From positions 95,046,001 to 95,110,000 of the forward strand of contig OZ024742.1 of assembly GCA_964016885.1 (NCBI GenBank): 64,000 bases of DNA. Direction: 5' to 3'. The position numbers and the translations under genes were made by a program. Under the pieces are notes generated by a model. It ran no database searches. It was given only the letters and a program-made list of their open reading frames with translations, and was not told the DNA's origin. Of this stretch, positions 28,081 through 42,060 are shown in pieces. The DNA is from Eledone cirrhosa. Taxonomy: Eukaryota. Positions within the stretch are counted from its first letter, which is position 1; every line of letters begins with the position of its first letter.

Positions 28081-28607
28081 TGGACACAATTTCTGTCTAC
28101 CATATTACGCCCACAGAATTCAGCTGCATGACACTTACCTAAGGTGCTACACAGCAGGACTTCATCCAAAATCATGTGATTGAGTGGTGAAATTCTTAAC
28201 CACACAGCCATACCTATGGTATATTGCTATATCATGAATTTAATTTTGAGCAGTTCTTTCCTCACACCATTTAGTTTAATAATCTATTGATTAATGCATT
28301 CAATTAGTGAAAGTCAAGCAATTTATTAATAAACTGTTCATGGATGTCATTGACTATTAATATTGAAACAGTTGATTTTATTTATCACTCTAGTTTCAGT
28401 TGAATTATATATTAATTTTTATTCCTTATGAACAGGCTTGATTGTGTGCTTAAGGATTGTACTACACACCAACGTGGTTTCAGATTCAGTACTGCCATGT
28501 TACACCTTAGTCAAATATTTTCTTGGGTTGACAAATGCATTGTGAATGAAATTTGGTAGAGAGAAACTGTATGGAAGACCATTGTAAATATATATATATA
28601 TATATTT

Positions 28608-28677
28608 AAATAACAGATTAAAGTTTAAGCAAAGAATCGCTGCTTTGATTCTATGGTTAAACTTTAATCTGTTATTT
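28608..28677. repeat. Hairpin, 31-bp arms with 2 mismatches, 8-nt loop, in (TA)n context
   Basis: AAATAACAGATTAAAGTTTAAGCAAAGAATC / GATTCTATGGTTAAACTTTAATCTGTTATTT. Confidence 0.9.
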
Positions 28678-28779
28678 TAATAAATATTTGCTCTATGGTT
28701 TTATATATTTTATATATATATATTATCCTTATCGAGCCCTCTTCGGATTTTAGTCTTCACATTTATTATTATTACTATA

Positions 28780-28959
28780 CGGTGTATTGGCAGTATCGGT
28801 AGAGGGTCAGATGCTTTGCAGCAAAGAGTTACGGCCCTTTATGGTCTGAGTTCAAATCCCGCCGAGGTTAACTTTGCCTTTCATCCCTACGAGGTCGATA
28901 AAATAATGTACCAGTAATACACTGGGATAATTGCTGGCCTTGTGCCAAAAGTAGAAACA
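28780..28959 (+). mobile_element. SINE family B with 12-bp TSD
   Basis: Full head and core; TSD ATTATTACTATA at 28768-28779 and 28960-28971. Confidence 0.9.
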
Positions 28960-28975
28960 ATTATTACTATATAAG

Positions 28976-30950
28976 TAACTATAGAAGCATCAAGCTGATG
29001 GACCAGGTCATGAAAGTTGCTGCAAGCACAACTAATCAGGGACAGAATCAAATTAGCTGAGATGCATTTTTGGAGTTATGCCAGGTAGGGGTACTAATGA
29101 TGCTCTCTTTTTAGTGAGAAAACTACAGGAGAGGTATTTAACTAAGAGTAAGCCACTGTACCTAGCAATCATAACTCTAGAGAAAGCCTTTGACTGTGTC
29201 CCATGATATATAATCTGGTGGGCACTTGGGAAGCTAGGTGTAGATGAATTGCTTGTGAGGGCACTGCAGGACATAGATAGAGGAGCAACCAGCAGAGTGA
29301 GTGTTGGCACTGAGTAAAGTGATGAATTTGAAATGCAGGTGGGGGGTCCACTATGGATCATTCCTCTGCCCACTCCTGTTTATCATTGAACTTCAGGCCA
29401 TCACTGAGAATTTTAAAACTGGTGCACCATAGAAGCTCTATGCTGATGACCTAAACTTCATAACTGAATTCCTAGGAGAGTTAGAATCAAAATTTCAAGT
29501 ATGGAAGAAGAACCTAGAACTGAAAGACCTAATGAAAAGGAAAGTTTTAATAATTAAGAAAGAAGACAGGAAAGTGATACCATCAGGAAATTGACCAATT
29601 CTTGATATGTCGGAAATGGATGGGTAGAAATTCCATAAGGTGCACTCAATATAATGTATGGACACACAAGATAAAATTTAAATGCAATAGATGTTCAGAA
29701 TTAAGCATAAAGAACACACATGAAATAGATTCCCTCAGCTGCCAGGCAATTTCTCTTGAAGATATGGACAACTTTTACTACCTAGGTGATCAAATTAGTA
29801 GTTATGGAGGATGCACTGAAATTCTGATCAGTAGGATGAGAACTGGCTGGAAGAAGTTTAAAGATCTATTACCACTGCTAACAACAAAATGCTTTTCTCT
29901 CAGAGTGAAGGGTAGATTGATTGATGCCTGTGTGCGAACCACAATGTTACTTGACTACAGAAAAACTTACAAAGGCTAGAAAGAAATGTGTCGAGTATGC
30001 TCCTTGAATTTGCAGAGTTAGTGTGCTTGAGCAACATAGTATAAACAAACTGAAGGAAAACATGGCATAAGAGGAATTGGTTGTAGTGTGCACGAGAGTT
30101 GACTATGTTGGTATGGCCATGTGATACACATGGAAGATGGCAGCTGCATAAAGAGATGCAGAGAAACCCCAGGGACTAGAAATCATGGAAGAGGCAGACC
30201 CAGGAAGACATGGGATGAGGTTGTAAGGACTGACATTAGAAAGCTAAATCTTACAATAGAAATGACTAAAGACTGCAAGGGATGGCACTATGCAGTGCTG
30301 AAGAAGACAGCTTACAATGTAACCTGAGTTACCCTTCCTCTTCCACCAGCACTCCCTAACAGTTATTGTCAACTTCACTATTTCATCCCCCAACACATTC
30401 CACACAGCTCCCTCCTCTCCCCCGTGAAGTGGTTGGAGATAAGAAGGGCTTCCAGCCATATGGAACTTGCCAAACAAACAAAAAAAGAGTTGGGTGGACC
30501 ATTCAGTCATGTCATGGACATGACAGCCTTATGTTGGTGACGTATACGGTAAATGAATCCAGCATATGTTAGTGATAGAAATGGCATCCAACTATAGAAA
30601 ACCTGCCAGACAAATGGTTGGAAAGACCCTCCAGTCATGTCAAGTGCATGACAACCTCCATAGTATTGGTGATTTACATGATAAACACACCCATTACACA
30701 CTGTAAAGTGATTGGTGACAGGAATGGCATCTGGCTGTAGAAAACATGCAAAACGAAGGTTTTGGAAGGACCCTCAGTTGTGTCAAAGGAATGGCAACCT
30801 CTTCCGAGCACTATATTAAATGTGAGACTGCACAGGTCCCTGTCTTGCCTAGGAGATCAGTGGCTCCACTTCCATAGGTACTTGGTCTACATGGACCTGT
30901 TCAACCCTTTCTAGCAGTAAAAGTAGATAACAAAACAATAAAGATGATGA
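28976..30950 (+). pseudogene. Older decayed RTE LINE (RT through 3' UTR), same PHD-bearing lineage
   Basis: Broken LEKAFD, LYADD, GRNSIRC..WTHK..FKCNRC, FYYLGD, GRGRPRKTWDEVV; 3' UTR with three tandem ~140-bp modules at 30420-30810. Confidence 0.9.
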
Positions 30951-32569
30951 AGATATATATATTGATAATGTAAACAAAAACACTACACATGTTTCTTATC
31001 ATCCTAGACATGTAAAGTATTTTTATTTTTAACAATTAACCTTTCAGTTAAATCACCTAAAATCGCATTAGTTCTATGATACAAACCTGTTTATTCTAAA
31101 ATGTTGATACTAAATTAAAACATGCCATTTTAATCTTAGGTAAGAACCCATATAAAGTTATGTTCCAAACACCATCTTAAAAATAAACAAGTTTAATATT
31201 TTACTAAATACTTTATTTTCAATTATTTTTTGAAAATAATAGTGTCTTTCATTAAAAATATGTTAGCAAGAATGTTAGCCCATAGTAGCTCAAAGGATGT
31301 AGCATTAAGAGGTTTAAATCTACTGTTTGGCAGAACTTTCCTCATATTTAAATGAAAACAACTAAATAGCAGTTCACATAATATAGCTAAGAGAAACCAA
31401 CAAATAGAACTAGGAGACAAGGTCATTATTCGAAAAGATATTGTGTCATTAATGCAAATTGTGATCATTATCATCAATTTACATCTGCTTTGTCAGCAAT
31501 GGTTAGGTGGATTGTTACAAGTCAAGTCTCTACTTAATTGCAGCTGTTACCCCAGTTAGGTCATGAGACCAAGTTTCATACAGATATATTCCATTTTGGC
31601 ATGGCTTCTACAACTAGATGCAATTCCTCATGTAAACGACTTTACAGAGTACACTAGGTACATTTTATCATAGTACCATCACAAAAGAGGATATCTTGTC
31701 CTTGACATAAATGAAGAGTCCTCTATACTTTTGGCATGATTGCTATGGTTGGATGCTCTCCTTAACACCAAACCACTTTGTAGAGTGTACTGTAAGCTTT
31801 TATCATGGCAGTGGCATTGATTATTTTCAAAATTAATTGGAATGTATTGGCAGCATATTTCATTAGATATATGGTTATGAAAGGATTAATAAATGTTTCT
31901 TATAATGGAAGGTTTGATTTTGAATATGAACATTTTCAGGTGACAGGCTTTATATTAAAGATCAGAGCTTCTTGCAAGCAAGTTTGTGTCAAAACTATTA
32001 ATGTTTTTTTCACTGGAAATATTCAGTTAGTCATATTGACCACTGTTTCTATTTTATCAAGTCTGGTACTTATTTTACTGATAAGTTTTGTCAAACTTAT
32101 CAGAGAAACAGACACAAAAAAAAAATATATATATATAATATATGTATTTATCAGAAAGTGAGAAACATCATTGATTTTTTTACTTTAATAAAATAGTCTA
32201 AGGCACGTAATCCCCTTCATGGAGAAAATTCTACAATTACACCAAGGTGCCCATAATTTAATTTTGAAAATAATCAAGAATTTAGTAAAATATCAAATAT
32301 TCTGATTTTTAGGCTGTTGTTTGGAACATAATTTAACAAGGATGCTTATATAAGATTAACTTTTATTATGAATACTTTAAAATAAACAGCTTTGTATCAT
32401 TGAATTGAAGTGATTCCAGGTGGTTTGTTATCGGAAAGTTTAATTGTCAAAAACTAAAGAGCACTTTACATGTTTAGCTGATACATAACACATTTAGTGT
32501 TTTTTTTTTTATCATGTTATCAATTGATCTAGATGGGCTAGCACCAAAGTGGGAACAGATACAATCACC

Positions 32570-32940
32570 ATCATTGTCATCATTTTTATGGCTTGCATGG
32601 GTTAGACAAGTCCACACCAGTACATCATTACTTCACTTGTCTGTTTCATTTGTCATCTCTTTGTTAAGATTTAGTTTCTTGAGATCATCTTTCACTACCT
32701 CTATATAAGCATTGTTTGGTCCTCCTCTTCTGTGGCTTCCTTCCACTTGGAACTCCTTGCATTTCTTCAGCCAAGGATGATATCCATATGCATTACATGC
32801 CTGTACAAGTGTAATCTTTTCTCCTGCTCCCTACATCTGATTTTTCTAATGGCTAGAATTTTTCTCATCTTGTCCCTGCTTTGTTGCTCATGTACACTAA
32901 AATTACTCATTCAATGTAGCATATTAATTCAGCTACTTCA
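32570..32940 (-). pseudogene. Decayed RTE C-terminal fragment and tail
   Basis: Reverse strand reads IRKIRCREQEKRLHLYRHVMHMD, homologous to IRGIRCCLLERRLRWYGHVMRM. Confidence 0.65.
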
Positions 32941-33799
32941 GGATGTTCTTCAGTTAATATTATACCCCCATTAAGGTCAAATTTATGGATCATCTTTTTA
33001 ATGTCAGTGAAATACTGAAGTAAAGATAATCAGTGTGTACCCTTACCTGAAATTTGTGTCTCTGTGACTAAGTATGAAATCAGAATTATACTTTTTTATA
33101 TAATAACCCCTATATAGACTCAACAAAACCAATTTTGCTTCATGGTGCTGGCAAAGAGTTTGGCAAATATGTTATCCTGGAGGATAGCAAAGGAGCTGAA
33201 AGAGCCAGTTCATACCCTCTATGTATGTCCACTATAAATTTCTATAAGTACAAATATTTCTTGCATTCAGTTACTGCTCCTGCTGCTACTACTAATACTA
33301 ATAGTCAAAACAACTCAAGTTATGTGAGATATTAATGTAAGCTAAATGTAACTGACAGTCCAACAGTTTAATTTCAAATTAAATTAAAAGTTGCGTACAT
33401 GAAAATAGCCTCTGGTATATATTGAATTTAAATCAGATATGTAAAGAATTGCAATTACAAGCAATTTGTTGTGTCATCTGGATAATTAAAACCTATAATT
33501 ATTAAGTGCAGCTGTTTATGCTATGGACTGTATAGAAACTCAGCAGACATTGAACAGATAAACATAGTAGATAACTGTTTAACTAAATAGAATCAATCAG
33601 TAGTTGTTAACTTGACAAACATGGTCTATATGAATAAAAAGAAACAGACAATAAATAATGGTTCAATACAAAATTTATTGATATTAACTATAGCCTGTTG
33701 AACACATAATATATAGACAAACCCATATAGTCTGATACTGTTCATTGGTGAGAAAATCTGAAAACATTAGATTTTGAGTGTCAGTTTCAGTATCAATAA

Positions 33800-34170
33800 T
33801 CCATGATGAATATTTCTTGATGAGACAGTACCACCAATCAGGTAGTCTTGCAGTGTATAAATATGTCTAGCAGTGCAACTATCCTCCTGGAAATTGCAGC
33901 TGCACTGGGTTGAACATGTGATTCATATAGAGGACACTTTGATCCCCAAAGTGTCCTCTATAGCATGCTGAAGTATTGTAGACATCAAAGCAAACACTTC
34001 AAACATTGTTATAAGGATGTCATCTCTATGAAACACAAGGCCTGATTATGACTACATGGAGGAAGAGAGTGACTGAATGTAAAAAATGGAGAGCTATAAA
34101 TGAAGAAGAAAGAGTCGCAGAAATGAATTGGATAAAATAACAAGGAAAGAGACAATGAACCAGAGCAAGA
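33800..34170 (+). pseudogene. Decayed BovB-like RTE C-terminal fragment
   Basis: QLHWVEHVIHIEDTLIPK..LYSMLK..CYKDV resembles the QLRWAGHVxRMxDxRIPK..RYKD consensus. Confidence 0.55.
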
Positions 34171-34490
34171 CTTACTGGATATGTTTGTACCAGTGTTTTT
34201 TTATATATAATCTCATGAAAGAGCAAAGCATCATTGATGGAGTCATTTCATTATTTCATGAATTGATAAAAAGAATAAAATCTGTTATACTCAATTATGT
34301 GTGACTGTCAAAAAAGAGAAGTTTTGAATCACAAATGTTTGCCTCTTTTATGTCCACTATATAGAGTTCATATATGTTGATTAGATGAATAAAGTTTATC
34401 TATGTTGACTGTATAGACAGGGTTTATAGGTGAGCACTGAACTGTCCAGCATCTAAAGGTTGAAACTAGATAAATACAGTTTATAGGTAA

Positions 34491-34780
34491 TTAACCCTTT
34501 TGACACCTAACTATCTGAAACCACCTTTGTTTCTACAACATAAAACTGTTTTTTGTTTTTGTGTTATGTTTCAGAACCCAGCACAACCCGTTTGATTCCA
34601 ATCTGTCTGAAATTTCCTGTTCTACAGTTCTCAAGTATTTTGTATTAAAGTATCTATATTTATCTGAAAAAAAAAAATAAAAACCTATCATAAGTTTTAT
34701 GTAAGAATAACTGTTATGTTCCAAATACCAGATGAACAAAGAAAAGGTTATTTTTCTAAATCCCACAATTTTTCAGGATT
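34491..34780 (+). mobile_element. MITE family M1 copy (left end intact)
   Basis: TTAACCCTTTTGACACC..GAAACCACC start plus the internal TTATGTTCCAAATACCAG motif. Confidence 0.6.
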
Positions 34781-37059
34781 GATAAAATACCTGTTTAGGA
34801 CGGTGAATTAGAGAAATTGTTGAAGAATAGAACAACCTGCTCATGACTTACAAATGGCCATGCCTTGTATAGATACGTGCACTCTTAGCATAATTTTGGG
34901 GGAGATTCAGTGTGTGACAAGGTGGGCTCTTTTTAATTACTGGCATCTCATTTTTGCCAGCTGTGTGAACTGGACTAACATGAAATAAAGTTCCTTGATC
35001 AATGATACATCCTGATTGTGAAAACCAAACTCACAAACATGAATGGGTTATGACTTCAGGGTGTCAGATGTTTCTACGACTGTGGATTCAAAAATAATTG
35101 TTTAGAAATTAAATAATTGATAGATACCACAATGATAATTAAGATGATTTTAAATTTCTCCTAAAAAATATTAACACCATCTTCATTATCAAGAGCAGTT
35201 GTATAATCAGTAAAATGCTGCTGTTAATCATTTTATAGAGTTGTATGGTTGGTGCAGTGTGAAATAAGGTGTCTGTGTTCAGGCCAAGTATCAAACTAAT
35301 GATTTAAGATCACAAACCCAACTTTCTAACTACTAGATCATGGGTCTTCAGCATGCTAGTAGGATGAAAAATTCTTTTTTTAAACACTGATCACACCCAC
35401 AATCAAATGTTATAATAATGTTTATGTAGGTGTTGTTTTATTTTAACTTAACACCAGACAGCTGTTAGAAATATGAAGAGCACTAATAATATATTTCTCT
35501 CTGCAAAAGGCTTCTGGTAAAGGAATTTCCCTCTTCCTCACGGCATAAAAATTGATCACACCGTTTTAATATTTTCTATGTTTGTTTGCCATCACATTTC
35601 CTTGTATTCTACAGTTTCATTATGAGACCTAAGGTATAGCTAAGTAGTAGGGGTGATGGTAGTGCTTGTAATAGTAATAGTAGTACAAGCAGTAGCGATA
35701 AGTTATTGTTTGGGGTTATCAACATCATAAATACATACACACACACACATATATATATATAAACATGCATGTGCATTTATTTTATTAACAATAAATAAGA
35801 GAACAAGTGAAAAATAGATTCGTTAGGGAATTGAAACTTTGGATTATATTCCTAAACTGTAAGAAACACACATAAATTAACATATGAATAAAATGTGGTG
35901 CCTCAAGAAAACATGAGAAACAAAAGTAACTACTACACAATTTCTTTTCTATAAAAGTCTGTTTTATATATTTATATAAAGCATTCCCTTTTCAAGTTGG
36001 CTAAGCTAAAAACGTCATCATCGTCATTTCATACTTGATTTTCCATGCTGACATAGGTTGAATGGATTGTTATAGTCAGAACCGAATTGGAGTTTCTGTC
36101 CATGAACATCTAAAAAAAACCTATTGATTGACTCAATGTTATTATTCCATCGTGAATCAACACTAACATCTATCTTGTTACATCTATATAACCATTGTCA
36201 CGAAGGAATGTTGCTTAGTGGTGAGAGTGTTTGCTTCATGATTGCAAGGTTTGAGTTTACTTTATGGTGGTGCAATCTTATTTTGCATTGCTTCAGTCAA
36301 GTCAGCTGGAATAAAAGTAACTTGTACCAGTAATTCAAAGGTCAAGACTTGTCATATACTGTGACACAGGGAATCTCTCTAAAAGTTACATAAAAAATAC
36401 TCATGATTCTGGAATGCTCAGCCACTTGCTCATTAATTTTAAGAGCAAGCTGCCCCATTGATTGACCAACAGGAACACTTGTCAAAACCAATAGAAATCT
36501 ATTCAATGTGTCTGTCAAGTGAAATCTTTATTGTGTGACAATATTTCCCCAACAAACCTATTGGTGATGCCGATAATGATAAGCGAACAAGTGGAATGTT
36601 CATCATTAAAACCAACAGAAGTTCATTCCATTTCATACATGTAGTATCTATTCAGTTGAAATCTGTATTGTGTGACAATCCAGTTAACATATCCTCGAAA
36701 AACTTATTGATTCAGTATTAACACTGTATTATTATTCCATCGTTAAACACCACCAACATCCATCTTATTACTTCTATCCTTATGTCTATATAACCATATA
36801 GCCTATGCCAAACTAATTAGTAAGGTACAACTGTAGTGTAGTGTAATACACACCACAACTGACAGCAGAACAGAAAGAGAAAAATCTGTAATTTATGAGA
36901 ATTTTGATTGTTTATGTTTCTTGAATTTGAATTCTCATTGTGCCTGTTCAACCAAATCTGCATAATAGCAACAACAACAATAATAATAATAATAATAATG
37001 ACAGCCAATGACCATTGATCATCCAATCCTGACTATATATAATAATAATAATAACAATG

Positions 37060-37940
37060 TTTATCCAAATATAACGATCTGGATATTGAAATAACCTGAA
37101 TGTGGATGATGAAAACAATTCTCTGGGATTGATAAAAAGAAACACAGTCACACATACAGATACATATCCAAAACTTCAGGATTTACAAATATATACAGCA
37201 TACAGAAGATAGCACTACTGGAGACTGTGAAAAACCAAGGCACATAGTGATGACAGGCAATAAAAATATGACTATGGGTAAGATCTGATAATTGAAATTG
37301 AGAAAACATGGTATCATAAAGTGTGTACAATACCAGTGTTAGTCAGTGTACTTGGAATGATAAAAAATGGAAAGGAAAAATACTTGGCCCAGATACCTAG
37401 AAAGCCATCTCTGCAAGAGATACAGGAAATAGTGTAGTTCTGAATGGCATTCTCCATGTCCTGAGAAGGGTATTATCAATGTGGATACTTTGCAAATACA
37501 TTTACTCTTGTTTATGTATATATGGTATCATTTGTATGAAAATTGATTGTTAAACGTGTTTATAACCAAATTTTGTCTCAGGTATCAGGTTGATACTTAG
37601 TAATATATGGGAAATAAGCAGAATTCAAAGGATGTTTCAAATAATAATATACAACCTATCTACATCGACTTTTGAGTGATGCATTTTTTCAGTTGTCAAT
37701 TGTATCAATGTATTATGATTATTATGTGGTAATAGGATTAATCTCTAAGTTAAAGACTTGCAGCTTAGCATCCTTCCCTGCAAGATCAGCAAATATGAGT
37801 TATAGAGGATTGGGCACAGTACACATTCTCAGACGAGTTCTCTCTCTACAATGAAAACCACTATTGCCTTAGGTTCAAGGACTGAACTCGGCAATAGAGA
37901 AACATATCTTATCTAAACAGAATAACACAATAATAATAAT
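37060..37940 (+). pseudogene. Stack of three R4/Dong-type LINE 3' termini among (AAT)n repeats
   Basis: IYSIQKIALLET; DLIIEIEKTW..TIPVLVSVLGMIK..PSLQEIQE..LHVLRRVLSM; GTVHILRRVLSLQ*; bordered by AAT repeats. Confidence 0.7.
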
Positions 37941-38049
37941 ATCGTATAGTAATAATATGCATCATTCCAATGATCATTATTGACTTGGGATCAACCTCAC
38001 CAAATTTCTATGGCCATTTGAAAAAATTCAACATCGAGTACGATGTGAG

Positions 38050-38390
38050 TACTTTTCAGGATAGCATATATTTTTCAATGCATGGATGCGTCTTACATGT
38101 AAAAGCAGTTGTTTGAGATGTAGGATTGTTTTGTCACCCTGTTGACATATTAGTGAGGTTCAGCTTTTGGAACTTCTGTGCCTGTAGAGTTTGTCATAAA
38201 TTGGTAATACCTCTCTGTAGCACTTCTATGTTAAGCATAGTTGGAAATTGTCCATAATCTCTGGCCTAAATGACCTCCAGAAAATTCAGGTTAGAATATC
38301 CTTGTCAATGCCCTGGGCTGCTTCCTGGCCATTGTTGTTCACAACTTCCACTAAACCTCTATAGAAATCAACTGTTGGTTTCTACCCACT
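38050..38390 (-). pseudogene. Decayed Tx1-type LINE C-terminal (zf-RVT-like) fragment
   Basis: Reverse strand reads FRPEIMDNFQLCLT*KCYREVLPIYDKLYRH..KTILH. Confidence 0.5.
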
Positions 38391-38464
38391 AATTGCATTG
38401 TCCAGCTGGTAAAATAATGTGAGTGCCTAGTAGAAATCTATATGCCATTAATAAAAATACTGAT

Positions 38465-38800
38465 AATGATTTCTGATTTAGACACAATTTTGGGGGAAGA
38501 GGAAGCTGATTAAATCGACCCCAGTGCATTATTGGTACTTTATTTTAACAATCCCATAAGGTTGAAAAGCAAAGCTAACCTCGATGGTATTTGAACTCAG
38601 AACGTAAAGGGCCATAATTATATGCCACAAGGTATATTGTCTGATGTTCTATTTATACTGCCAATCTACTGCCCTTTATAATAATTGTTTCTACTTTAGG
38701 CACAAGGCCAGCAATTACCCAGTGCATTACTGGTACTTTATTTTATCGACCCCGTAAGGATAAAAGGCAAAGTCAACCTCGGCGGGATTTGAACTCAGAA
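38465..38800 (-). mobile_element. Two tandem SINE family B copies (one 5'-truncated)
   Basis: Family B core and tail motifs at 38465-38675 and 38680-38800. Confidence 0.85.
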
Positions 38801-39923
38801 GAATAATGATAGCTGATGTCCATTGTCCAATGAATTGATGTAACAATGAGAAAAATAGCAGTAAGAAGAGCAACAACATCAGTGAGAAATAGGTTTCTCT
38901 AATTCATACTTTGTATCATACACTACACACATGCACTGCACACAAACAAACATTCATAATGCAACAACCTGTCGAACTCATGCAAGCAGGAAAAAATGAA
39001 CATTAAATGATAATGAAATATTTACATATATATATGTGTGTGTGTGATCTATTTTTAGAAATGTTGAGTGGATATGCATTTATTGAAAATTATCCTAGAG
39101 TTATAGAGGCTTCGACGAATGTGTTTTGTTTTTTTGCTTTTGTTTTTTGTTTTTGTTTTTTTACTATGAAAAATAGTCAAACAAACTAGGCATAAAAAAC
39201 GCTGAACAGAAAAAAGTTGACAGCATTATCTGCAGCATTCAAACTCATATCTGCCATATGCCGCATGGCTGAACTACGTTTGCTACAAGAAAGGCTAACG
39301 AAATTTGCCATTCCTTTGGAGTCTTATAAATCGACCAGAATGTAAGCAATGAATTATTTTTAGAAACGTTGAAAAGATATGTATTTATTGAAGATTAAAC
39401 TACTATGCCCAATTTGTTAAAATATGTTTCATAGTAAAAAAAGCATGAACATTGAATCTTCAAATGCAAGGTTAATTTTCAATAAATAAATAAAGATCAT
39501 CATTTAACATCTATTCTCCAAACTAGCAAGTGTTGGATACAACATAAAATGAAATGTTTTCCTTAAGGACATAATGCACCACTAAGAATCAAACCCATGA
39601 CCTAACAATCCTGAGCCAAACATTCCAAATACAAAACCACACACACACATACACACACATTTATATATATTTCTATTAAACATAAAATATTCTCATTTGA
39701 CAGTCAGAGATAAAGAATTACCCAATTTCCTTACTGATTATCTACTTACTAACAATAAATAATATATATTGTAAAATAACAAGACACACATACCACACAC
39801 ACTATCGCACCACACTCAAACACACACATGCACATACTATCAAACACATTCACCATCACACATATAAGTTTGCAGATAGGAAAAGAATATATATTAAGTT
39901 CTCTAACATATTATATTTCAAAT

Positions 39924-40104
39924 AGGTGGATTGGCAGTATCGGTAGAGGGTCATACGCCATACTTTGCATCATAGAGTTATGGCCCTTTATGGTCTGAGT
40001 TAAAATCCCGCCGAGGTTAACTTTGCCTTTCATCCGGGGTCAATAAAATAAAGCACCAGTAATGCACTGGGATAATTGCTGGCCTTGTGCCAAAAGTAGA
40101 AACA
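39924..40104 (+). mobile_element. SINE family B with 14-bp TSD
   Basis: TSD ATTATATTTCAAAT at 39910-39923 and 40105-40118. Confidence 0.9.
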
Positions 40105-40409
40105 ATTATATTTCAAATGAAAAACACTACCTCTTATTCTTAAATCATTTTGAAAATTATCAAATTTTGGAGGTTTTATATAATATAACCAACTTTCTCA
40201 TTATTAAATTGATGTTTGGAACATAACTTAACAAACATACTTAAAATAATATTGAATGGTTCAAGTTTAAACGTGAATTCTTTATAACACAAGCAGTTTC
40301 TAATCATTGTGCTAGGGAGAGTTGAAAATGTTAAAATAGACCATTTATCAATTTAATCAACAACAAAACAAAAATAATTCTGTTTATAAACAAGTGAGAA
40401 ATAACTATA

Positions 40410-40925
40410 AACCATCACTATCATCATCGTCATCGTTACCATTCCCATCATCATCCCCATCAATATTGTCATCTTCATCATTATCATCATCCCCATAATA
40501 ACAAAAATATGATGACAGCAATGCAGATATTGGTGGTGATGATAATGATGATGATGTTGGTGATGACATTAATGGATGGTAATGTTGGTGGTGATGGTGG
40601 CATTAGTAGTGATATTGAGGGTGATGATAATGGGGGCAATGGTGATAGCGATAATTGTAGCTATGATGACTGTGGTGGTGTTTGCGATGATGATAGTGTT
40701 GTTAGTCTTGATGATGGTAGCATTAGTGTTAGTGATTATGATGATATTGTTGATGATCATAGTGGTGATGTTGGTGGATGGTGATTATGGTGGGGATTTG
40801 GTGATGATGATGGCGGTAATGGTTATGATAGTGGTGGGTGTGATATTGGTGGTTGTGATGGTGATGAGGGTAGGTGTGATGATGGTGGTAGTGATGCAGA
40901 TAATGGTGGTGATAGTGATAGTTAA
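40410..40925. repeat. Degenerate (CAT)n then (GAT/GGT)n low-complexity tract
   Basis: Trinucleotide-biased sequence; yields Asp/Met/Val-rich pseudo-ORFs. Confidence 0.85.
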
Positions 40926-42060
40926 GAGGAGACCCCTGAGAGAATTATTTATCCAAGTGGATAAATGATGATAGATCTTTTAAATGATTATAGAAAGTTA
41001 TATTGGTAAAATGTGTATATGTATGTTTGTATGTTTACGCAAATGTGTATTTGTGTGTGCTTGTGTTTGTGTAGATGTGTGTTTGGGTTTGTATGTATGT
41101 GTTTGTGAGTCTATGAATATATTTCTATGTATTCGTTTATGTATGTGTGTATCTGTATGTGTTTTTCTGACAGGCAAGAGATTGAGTAAGTTAGCTATTA
41201 GAACTATGTATTCCCATGTTCTGAGTTCAAACCAATTGTATATGTTTCAATTTACGCTATGACATCATCCCAAAACACTTAACTGTATGGTTTTCAGTTT
41301 ACTGAACTGCTAGCAATTGGTCCTAAATAGCCACTGTATGATTAAATACTTCATTTTGGCCTTGTTTCTACAGTGGGGAGCCTTTCCAAATGCCAGCCAA
41401 TTTACACGATTGGGAGCATATTGTTTGGCACCATATTTAACAGGATAGACTGGGTACTTTTGTCGTGGTACCAATACTACCACCTTAAATTGTTGAGTGG
41501 GTACTTTTGCATGTCAACAGCACTACCAATTTACAGACTGGACTGAGTGCTTTATATTAAAGTACCAGCAGAGACACTTCACTGATTGCGCTGCAGAGTA
41601 TTCTATCACGACCACAATGCAGCTTCACTCTGACAGTTGGGCACACATTGTGTATTTGGCCAAAATGGCAAGGGAGTAGGAGGCAATGAATAAAGGAGGA
41701 AGTGGGGCCCACATGCTGCTTATTTGATTTGAGGTGGGTTTTATCTAGCTTTCTCTGATTGTATGTATTGGATAGGGAAGGTGAATCAAGGGTAGGGGTG
41801 ATAAGGGTAAAAAAAAACATCATCATCATTGTTAACATCTATTTTACCTTGTTTGCATATATATATATATATCCGAAATAGGGGTGCTCGAAACAAACAC
41901 AAGCTAAGGACATTGGAAAAATGGACAAACCCTTCTCCTCAGTCAACCTCTGGAAATCACTATACTTTCAGTGCATCAAGTTTGATACTATTCATTCCAG
42001 TGTATATTGGGACACAATAGAACAGCTAGGCACAAGACGAGTTGTGTCTTTGGGCAAAAT

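Noticed and set aside
40509-40968. Asp/Gly-rich and Met/Val-rich ORFs
   Set aside because: Degenerate (GAT/GGT)n tract open in multiple frames and strands.
41400-41650. CRISPR-like spacing of ~45-bp repeats (also 15652-15760, 61128-61245)
   Set aside because: Contiguous degenerate tandem modules of the RTE 3' UTR without unique spacers; no cas genes.
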